A DNA stretch of 61,142 nucleotides, counting the filler. It is 5 parts of 5 records of this genome, joined end to end, with 100 filler letters (N's around TTAATTAATTAA, not from the genome) between each part and the next. Parts side by side here need not be neighbours in the genome. Positions count along the whole stretch, not along the records: positions 54,520 to 61,142 come from SRR22947727_2196; 4 more parts are not named here. One strand, given 5' to 3'. A model generated the notes under the pieces. It ran no database searches and was not told the origin of the DNA. It saw only the letters and a list, made by a program, of their open reading frames with translations. The position numbers and the translations under genes were made by a program. How positions within the stretch are numbered: position 1 is the stretch's first letter; each line of letters begins with the position of its first letter. Of this stretch, positions 54,420-61,142 are shown one piece after another.

Positions 54420-54519
54420 NNNNNNNNNNNNNNNNNNNNNNNNNNNNNNNNNNNNNNNNNNNNTTAATTAATTAANNNNNNNNNNNNNNNNNNNNNNNNN
54501 NNNNNNNNNNNNNNNNNNN
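54420..54519. other. Artificial contig spacer
   Basis: N44-TTAATTAATTAA-N44. Confidence 0.99.
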
Positions 54520-54520
54520 T

Positions 54521-55159
54521 ATAGCAATGGATAAAGAAATTTCAAAAAAGATTTTTTTACAAAATAATATTTTAACTCCAAAATATATTAAATATATATT
54601 TTTGAAAAAAGATAAGACTATTATCAAAAAGATTGAAAAAAAATTAAAATTTCCTGTTGTTATAAAACCTATAAACGAAGGCTCAAGTGTGCATGTTTAT
54701 ATATGTAATAAAAAAAATTTGTTACGACGCCTAAAAAAATTAGAATATTACAAGGAAATATTAATTGAAGAATTTGTACCAGGGAGAGAAATACAAGTAG
54801 CTATTATGGGAAAAAAAAAATTGGGAGCGATAGAGCTAAAACCTAAAAGAGAGTTTTATGATTACGAAGCTAAATATAACCCCAAATCAAATACAAAACA
54901 TATCATACCTGTTAATATTACTAAAAAAGAATTTAAAACAGTTACAGATATAGCATTAAAGGCACATAAAGTAATTGGTTGTAAAGGGGTAACAAGATCA
55001 GATTTTAAATTCTTCAAAGGAAAATTTTATTTATTGGAACTAAACACTCAGCCAGGTATGACCAAATTGTCATTGGTTCCAGAAATTGCAAGATATAAAG
55101 GTATTAGCTTTATAAAGTTAATTGAATGGATATTAAAAGATGCATCAATTAATAGGTAA
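54521..55159 (+). CDS. ddl: D-alanine--D-alanine ligase (5'-truncated)
   Basis: MDK, KPINEGSS, GRE, FYDYEAKY, RSDF, LELNTQPGMT..SLVP. Confidence 0.95.
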   Translation: MAMDKEISKKIFLQNNILTPKYIKYIFLKKDKTIIKKIEKKLKFPVVIKPINEGSSVHVYICNKKNLLRRLKKLEYYKEILIEEFVPGREIQVAIMGKKKLGAIELKPKREFYDYEAKYNPKSNTKHIIPVNITKKEFKTVTDIALKAHKVIGCKGVTRSDFKFFKGKFYLLELNTQPGMTKLSLVPEIARYKGISFIKLIEWILKDASINR

Positions 55160-55814
55160 AAAAAAATCCTTAATATTGTATTTTTTTTTTTTAGTAGCAT
55201 TAAGCACAACAACAAACAAGACTCTATATAAAACTGAAAATCTGTTTCAAATAGACAACATCAATATTACAGGAATACCATTAGATAATATAGAGGGACT
55301 AAATGATGAATTATACAAAACAATTGAAAAAAATATATTTTTTTTAAAAAAAGAAGTGTTAAAAAATTCTATTTCTGAATTTAATATTGTAGAAAAATAT
55401 TCGGTTAAAAAGATCTATCCTAGAGAACTCAACATAAATATAAAGCCAACTAAATTTATAGCAAAAATTTCAAATAAAGATGATGTTTTAGTTGGATCTA
55501 ATGGAAAACTAATAAGCAATAAAGACTTTAAAAAAAAATTGCCTAGCATATTTGGTAAATTTAATTCTAATAAATTTTTAGAACTAAAAATACATCTTGA
55601 ACGTTCAGGATTTAATTTTGAAGATTTAAAATCATTAATTTATTTTTCATCAGGTAGGTGGGATATTTTGACTAATGATAATGTATTAATAAAATTACCA
55701 AATAAGAAAATATATGAATCATTACACTTAGCAAAAAAAATTTTAAATGATGATAATTTTAAAATGAATAAATTTATTGATCTAAGAATATCAAATCAAA
55801 TTATTGTAAAATAA
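55140..55814 (+). CDS. ftsQ: Cell division protein FtsQ-like (short, divergent)
   Basis: N-terminal TM, POTRA-like KKIYP, GRWD, C-terminal IDLRI; between ddl and ftsA. Confidence 0.75.
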   Translation: MHQLIGKKKSLILYFFFLVALSTTTNKTLYKTENLFQIDNINITGIPLDNIEGLNDELYKTIEKNIFFLKKEVLKNSISEFNIVEKYSVKKIYPRELNINIKPTKFIAKISNKDDVLVGSNGKLISNKDFKKKLPSIFGKFNSNKFLELKIHLERSGFNFEDLKSLIYFSSGRWDILTNDNVLIKLPNKKIYESLHLAKKILNDDNFKMNKFIDLRISNQIIVK

Positions 55815-56929
55815 TGAGAGAAAAAAAATTTGAATTTATTTTTGATTGTGGATCTTCTAGAGTCAGAGGAGGCGCTATTAATGTAGATGATATAAAAAAA
55901 AGCTTTTATAATGAAAGTGAATTTTTTTTTGCTCAATCTGATATCGACATTAAGATAAAAAATATTGTAACTTCTCTTGAAAAAAATACTGATGAATATT
56001 TAGACAGCATAAATTTAATGATTGATTCTCAAAAAATGTTGACAATTGGTGTTTCAATTTCAAAAAAATTAGATGGATCAAAATTGAAAAAAGAAGATAT
56101 TCAATTTTTAATTCAAGATGCGAAACAACAGCTATTAAAAAATTATCTTAATCAAAGTATTGTTCATATAATTATTCAAAATTATAAAATAGACGATACT
56201 AATTATAATTTTTTTCCAGATAAAATGAATTGTAATCTAATATCAATTGATGTTCTTTTTATATGTATTCCAAAAAATATTATAGATTATTACAAGAGAA
56301 TTTTTTTTAAATTAGATATTTCAATTAATCAAATTTTTTGTTCCAGTTATGCAAAGTCTTTAAATTATAAAAATAGCTTCTTTTTAAATGAAAATATTTT
56401 ATTTATAGATGTTGGTTTTAAAAAAACATCAATAATTTATTACAATAAAAATGAAATTATATTTTTTGATGTTTTACCTATTGGTGGAAATCATATTACT
56501 AGCGATATATCTAAAATTTTAAATTTGAATATGGAAGAGTCTGAAAATATTAAAATTAATTTTGACCAACAAAAAAATGTTTTGAATGAAAAAAAGATAT
56601 CGATAAATTTAGTTCAGCAAATCATATCTGCTCGTATTGAAGAAATACTTAAATTGTCTTTAAAAACTATAAAATTAAACTTAGACTTTGCATTATTAGA
56701 TCAGCATAAAGTAGTTTTAATGGGGGATGGTTCGAGAATACTGGATAGTGAGTTTAAGGAAAAAATTTCTTTTTCAAAAAAAATTGAATTAATTGAGGAA
56801 TCAACGGAAGATATATGTGAGTCAGCATTTAAACTTATTGGGGGTTTTAACAAACAAGAAGTTGTAATAATCCCAAAAAAAGTAAAAAAAAAAGGGTTTT
56901 TCGAAAAGCTTTTTCACTTATTCAGGTAA
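55814..56929 (+). CDS. ftsA: Cell division protein FtsA (divergent)
   Basis: DCGSS, IDVG, PIGGNHITSDIS, E.IK, IISARIEEI, GDGS, C-terminal amphipathic helix GFFEKLFHLF. Confidence 0.8.
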   Translation: MREKKFEFIFDCGSSRVRGGAINVDDIKKSFYNESEFFFAQSDIDIKIKNIVTSLEKNTDEYLDSINLMIDSQKMLTIGVSISKKLDGSKLKKEDIQFLIQDAKQQLLKNYLNQSIVHIIIQNYKIDDTNYNFFPDKMNCNLISIDVLFICIPKNIIDYYKRIFFKLDISINQIFCSSYAKSLNYKNSFFLNENILFIDVGFKKTSIIYYNKNEIIFFDVLPIGGNHITSDISKILNLNMEESENIKINFDQQKNVLNEKKISINLVQQIISARIEEILKLSLKTIKLNLDFALLDQHKVVLMGDGSRILDSEFKEKISFSKKIELIEESTEDICESAFKLIGGFNKQEVVIIPKKVKKKGFFEKLFHLFR

Positions 56930-56994
56930 ATTAGTATTTTACTGTAACATTTCTTGTTTTTCTTAATTAAGTAGATGAAATTATAAGTTCTTTC

Positions 56995-57915
56995 ATGTCA
57001 GTATTAAGCCAAAAAACATTGAATAAAGATATTTCACTTAGTGGTGTTGGTCTGCACAGCGGATTAGCTGCAAATATAAAAATTAAACCAGCCGAACCAA
57101 ATACTGGGATTGTTTTTAAAAGAGTAGATATCAAACAAAATAACATTGTTATTCCCAATGTATTTAATGTAAGCAGTGCCATTTTTTGCACAACTATTTC
57201 TAATGAACATGGAGTAAGTGTTTCAACAATTGAACATTTAATGGGAGCTTTTTATGGTGCGGGCATAGATAATGCCCTTGTAGAAATTAACAATCAAGAA
57301 GTTCCAATTTTAGATGGCTCAGCAAAAATTTTTATTGATGAAATCCTTAAAGTTGGAATAAAAAGTAGTGAGTCTCCAATTAAGATAATTAAAATAGAAA
57401 AAAAAATAGAATTTAAAGATGGAAAAAAAGTCATTTTCATTGAACCAAGTAAAATTAGCTTAGATATAGATTTTGAGCTTAAGTATGAAAATAAAACTAT
57501 AGGCAATCAAAGAAATTCAATAAAAGTTTATGAGTCAGATCTAACAGATATTTATAATTCTAGAACATTTTGTTTATATGAAGATGTTGCAAAGTTAAAA
57601 GAAATGGGTCTTGCAAAAGGAGGAAGTCTTGAAAACGCCATTGTTGTTAAAGATGATAAGGTTTTAAATGAGAATGGATTAAGAAATGATAAAGAATTTG
57701 TGAACCATAAAATTTTAGATTGTATGGGTGACTTGTATCTTGCAGGTTATAAGATTATTGGGAAATTAGTTTGTTCACAAGGTGGACACAAGCTTACAAA
57801 TCAATTATTACGAAAAGTTTTCGAAAATAAAGAAAACTATTCAATATTAGAAATTAAAGAAAAAACACTTCCATATACATTTGTTAATAAAAAACATTTA
57901 AGATCTATTGCTTAA
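56995..57915 (+). CDS. lpxC: UDP-3-O-acyl-GlcNAc deacetylase
   Basis: QKT, GVGLHSG, TIEHLM, PILDGS, SRTF, GGSLENA, HKILD. Confidence 0.96.
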   Translation: MSVLSQKTLNKDISLSGVGLHSGLAANIKIKPAEPNTGIVFKRVDIKQNNIVIPNVFNVSSAIFCTTISNEHGVSVSTIEHLMGAFYGAGIDNALVEINNQEVPILDGSAKIFIDEILKVGIKSSESPIKIIKIEKKIEFKDGKKVIFIEPSKISLDIDFELKYENKTIGNQRNSIKVYESDLTDIYNSRTFCLYEDVAKLKEMGLAKGGSLENAIVVKDDKVLNENGLRNDKEFVNHKILDCMGDLYLAGYKIIGKLVCSQGGHKLTNQLLRKVFENKENYSILEIKEKTLPYTFVNKKHLRSIA

Positions 57916-57946
57916 GTTTTTTTTGCTATATAAATAATATACTTCA

Positions 57947-58813
57947 ATGAAATTAATAATTAAACTAGGCAAGCTATTATTTGTATTATTATTATTACAA
58001 TCTTGTACAGCTGAAAAAAAAGAAATCTCCTTAATTAAAGAAATGGATCAAGAACAAGAAATGATCTCATCTTATAAAGAGGGGATGATTGCCTTAGAAA
58101 AAGGAGATACATTTTATGCTGCTCAAAAATTCCTTGAAGCAGAATTACTGTATCCACAATCTGAGTGGGCATCTAAATCGGCACTCATGGCTTCTTACGC
58201 TTACTATCTTCAAGATTATTTTTCTAAGTCACTATTTAATTTAGAAAGATTTTTAAAAACATATAAAGGTGATCCAAAAGAGAATTATGCCCATTACTTA
58301 ATTGCGATGTGTTATTATGAATTAATTGTCGATGAAAAAACAGATTTATCGTCTTTAGTTAACGCAAAAAATAAATTTCAATATGTTATAAATAATTTCC
58401 CAGAATCAGATTTTGCAAGTGACTCCAAATATAAAATCGACTTAATCAATGACATACTAGCATCAAAAGAAATGTATATTGGGCGACATTATATAAAAAA
58501 ACAAAAATGGATTGCGGCCATAAACCGCTTTAAGATTGTTACAAAGGACTATGACACAACAGTTTATGTAGAAGAAGCCATTCATAGATTAGTAGAAATT
58601 TATTATCACCTCGGTCTTATTGAGGAGTCTAAAAAATATGGAAACTTATTAGGCTATAATTATGCATCAAGCGAATGGTATAAAGCAACTTATAAGATTT
58701 TTAATAAAGACTATAAAAAAATAGAAATTAAGAAAGCAACTAAAAAAGAAAAAAAAGGATTATTTAAAAAATTTAAAAAACTTTTTCAGAGAAATGAAAA
58801 AAAATCTAGTTAA
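57947..58813 (+). CDS. bamD: Outer membrane protein assembly factor BamD
   Basis: Lipobox LQSC, TPR repeats, LASKEMYIGRHY, AAINRF, EAIHRLVE, LGYNY..S.WY. Confidence 0.92.
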   Translation: MKLIIKLGKLLFVLLLLQSCTAEKKEISLIKEMDQEQEMISSYKEGMIALEKGDTFYAAQKFLEAELLYPQSEWASKSALMASYAYYLQDYFSKSLFNLERFLKTYKGDPKENYAHYLIAMCYYELIVDEKTDLSSLVNAKNKFQYVINNFPESDFASDSKYKIDLINDILASKEMYIGRHYIKKQKWIAAINRFKIVTKDYDTTVYVEEAIHRLVEIYYHLGLIEESKKYGNLLGYNYASSEWYKATYKIFNKDYKKIEIKKATKKEKKGLFKKFKKLFQRNEKKSS

Positions 58814-60824
58814 AAAAGATTATCTAACAAAAATAAAAGAGATACAGAAGCATAATAAATCTTATTATGATGAGAATAAACCCTCTATAACTGACCAAGC
58901 ATATGATATTTTAAAAAATGAAATTTTTGTTTTAGAAAAAAAATATCCCTTTTTAAAAAATGAAAAGTCACCTAGTAATTCAGTGGGTTATACCCCTTCA
59001 AAAAATTTTAAAAAAATAAAACATAAAGTCCCCATGCTTTCTTTAGCTAACGCTTTCGATGAGACTGATCTTTTAAATTTTGAGAAAAAAATGCTTAATT
59101 TTTTAAGCATGAAAGATGCTCCCACAATTGAATATAGTGCAGAACCAAAGATAGATGGCATATCCGCATCATTAACTTATATAAATGGAAAATTTATAAA
59201 AGGACTTTCTCGTGGAGATGGTAAAGAAGGAGAAGATATTACAAAAAATTTAAATACAATTAATGACATCCCTAAATTTGTAAAAATAAATAATTTTCCG
59301 AGCGAAATTGATATACGTGGAGAAGTGTTTATCAATAACAGTGATTTTAAGAAAATTAAAGACAGATTTGCAAACCCAAGAAATGCAGCATCTGGGTCGT
59401 TACGTCAAAAAGACCCCGATGCAACAAAAAAAATACCTCTAAAATTTATAGCTTATACATATGGATATGTTGATAATTTAAATATTAAAACTCAGTCAGA
59501 TTTTTTAGAAAATTTAAAAAAATGGGGCTTCAAAACTAATCCATTTAATAAAAAAATTTCCAGTATAAAAAACTTGATAGCAAATCATGTTGACTTAGAA
59601 AAAAAAAGAAAAGAAATTGATGTAGATATTGATGGTATTGTATATAAGGTAAACGATTTTGACTTACAAAAAAGATTAGGTTTTGCTGCTAATGCACCAA
59701 GGTGGGCAATAGCCCATAAATTCTCAGCTAATAAAGCTACCTCAGAAATATTAAATATCGATATTCAAGTTGGAAGAACTGGAGCCTTAACACCTGTTGC
59801 TAAAATAAAACCAGTAAATATAGGAGGCGTAGTAGTTTCAAACGCTACTCTTCATAATGAGGATGAAATAATAAGAAAAGACATAAGAGTTGGAGACACA
59901 GTTAATGTTGAAAGAGCAGGTGATGTAATTCCTCACGTAGTATCAGTTGATTTAAGTAAAAGAGATAAAGATTCAAAAAAATTTAGTTTTCCAACTAACT
60001 GCCCATCCTGTGGTGGTAAAACAGTTAAAGATTATAACGAAATAACAAAAAAAAAAGATGCTGTCAGAAGATGTGTGAGCGAAGGGTACGAGTGTGAAAA
60101 AATAGCGATAGAAAAACTAAAGCATTTCGTTTCTAAAGAAGCATTCAATATAGATGGGCTAGGAAAAAAAATTATAGAAAATTTTTGGCACTTGAAACTC
60201 ATTAGGTCACCAAATGATATTTTTGATTTAGATTACCAGAAAATTCAAAAACTAGATGGATGGGGAGCGTTATCGGTTGCAAATTTAAAATATTCAATTG
60301 AAGAAAAAAAAAAAGTTTCACTAGATAGGTTTATTTATTCTTTAGGCATAAGACATATAGGGCAAGAAAATGCAAAGTTAATTGCTAGACACTTACAATC
60401 ATCATTAAATTTTCTTAAATTAATTAATAAGAAAAATATCAAAATTTTATTAGATATTGATGGAATTGGTGAAACTCAGATTGCTTCAATTAAAAATTTT
60501 TTTTTTAATAAATTTAACAAAGAAATTTTATCAGAATTAGTTAAAAAACTCACAATTAAAAGTGTTCCACTAAAAGATAAAGATGGGCTATTAAAAAATA
60601 AAACATTTATGCTAACAGGTAAATTAGATGGAATTAGTAGAGCTGAAGCAAAATCTTTAATAGAAAATAATTCAGGTAAAATAATAAGTAATGTAAATAA
60701 AAAACTTAATTATTTAATCATAGGAGAAAAACCAACTATAAAAAAAATTAATTTAGCCAAAGATTTAAAGATAAAAATAATTAATCAAGTTGAATGGCTT
60801 AAAATGCTAAATAAGACTAGCTAG
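58794..60824 (+). CDS. ligA: NAD-dependent DNA ligase
   Basis: EPKIDG, SRGDG, RGEV, NPRNAASGSLRQ, VGRTG, NATLHN, zinc finger, BRCT. Confidence 0.97.
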   Translation: MKKNLVKKDYLTKIKEIQKHNKSYYDENKPSITDQAYDILKNEIFVLEKKYPFLKNEKSPSNSVGYTPSKNFKKIKHKVPMLSLANAFDETDLLNFEKKMLNFLSMKDAPTIEYSAEPKIDGISASLTYINGKFIKGLSRGDGKEGEDITKNLNTINDIPKFVKINNFPSEIDIRGEVFINNSDFKKIKDRFANPRNAASGSLRQKDPDATKKIPLKFIAYTYGYVDNLNIKTQSDFLENLKKWGFKTNPFNKKISSIKNLIANHVDLEKKRKEIDVDIDGIVYKVNDFDLQKRLGFAANAPRWAIAHKFSANKATSEILNIDIQVGRTGALTPVAKIKPVNIGGVVVSNATLHNEDEIIRKDIRVGDTVNVERAGDVIPHVVSVDLSKRDKDSKKFSFPTNCPSCGGKTVKDYNEITKKKDAVRRCVSEGYECEKIAIEKLKHFVSKEAFNIDGLGKKIIENFWHLKLIRSPNDIFDLDYQKIQKLDGWGALSVANLKYSIEEKKKVSLDRFIYSLGIRHIGQENAKLIARHLQSSLNFLKLINKKNIKILLDIDGIGETQIASIKNFFFNKFNKEILSELVKKLTIKSVPLKDKDGLLKNKTFMLTGKLDGISRAEAKSLIENNSGKIISNVNKKLNYLIIGEKPTIKKINLAKDLKIKIINQVEWLKMLNKTS

Positions 60825-61142
60825 CCATTTTCTTTCAGGTCTATTTAAAAATTTAGAATATTTTGAGTAAATATTTAAATGATATTTAAATAAGTAATTT
60901 TTTTCATTATTATTTAACATTTTAAAATTAATTAAATCTTTTTCCATAGGAACAAAAGTCAAATTCTCAAAATACATCTTTTTTTTAAAATTTTTTACAT
61001 AAATTAAATTTTCAATTCTAATACCAAAATCTCCCTCTTTGTAAAAACCGGGTTCATTACTTAAAATCATACCCTGTTTAATTTTAACTGTATTGTGTTT
61101 TGATATTGACTGTGGTCCTTCGTGTACATTTAAAAAAAAAAC
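60807..61142 (-). CDS. Xaa-Pro aminopeptidase (M24), C-terminal part
   Basis: Frame open to the window edge: NVHEGPQ, SNEPGFY, GIRIEN. Confidence 0.9.
   Translation of the reverse strand, partial: VFFLNVHEGPQSISKHNTVKIKQGMILSNEPGFYKEGDFGIRIENLIYVKNFKKKMYFENLTFVPMEKDLINFKMLNNNEKNYLFKYHLNIYSKYSKFLNRPERKWLASLI

Noticed and set aside
22866-54519. Four copies of TTAATTAATTAA flanked by N runs, with sharp composition shifts
   Set aside because: Artificial six-frame-stop spacers between contigs; not biological repeats, att sites or island borders

Overview
This window is not one locus. It is five unrelated contigs joined by artificial 100-nt spacers (N44-TTAATTAATTAA-N44). Contig 1 (1-22865, visibly higher GC) is the replication-origin region of a marine-type gammaproteobacterium with Pseudomonadales/Cellvibrionales-like gene order: trkAH, djlA, lpxL, glyQS, rmuC, gyrB-recF-dnaN-dnaA, rpmH-rnpA-yidD-yidC-mnmE, a likely oriC, and mnmG-rsmG-parA, with two perfect parS sites inside recF. 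Contigs 2 (22966-30090) and 5 (54520-61142) are very AT-rich, Pelagibacter (SAR11)-like core regions: rpsA-aroA-lptB-lptC-kdsD-rnd, an NDUFA9-like gene, gcrA and argD; and ddl-ftsQ-ftsA-lpxC-bamD-ligA-pepP. Contigs 3 (30191-41068) and 4 (41169-54419) come from other streamlined AT-rich alphaproteobacteria: trpABF-pyrF-ihfB-rpsA-cmk-aroA and lptBAC-kdsD-rnd; and dnaKJ-dapB, nth-pyc, upp plus a BMP-family nucleoside ABC transporter. Lineage calls are inferred from composition, synteny and recalled protein features, not from searches. I found no tRNA/rRNA, CRISPR, prophage or IS element. Best candidate for new biology: an intact tryptophan synthase in the normal trp operon of contig 3 whose usually invariant residues are remodelled together (TrpB Q114A, G116L, R141L with D305N, S351P, S377C and a loop deletion; TrpA loop-2 FSDP changed to HAEA), suggesting altered substrate use or allostery. 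Other notable items: twin DnaA-trio-like arrays at the putative oriC, an 11-bp triple repeat in front of gyrB, a decayed cmk relic carrying a candidate rpsA promoter, a non-canonical LptB with no adjacent lptA, and mutually exclusive hairpins over an ABC-ATPase start codon.
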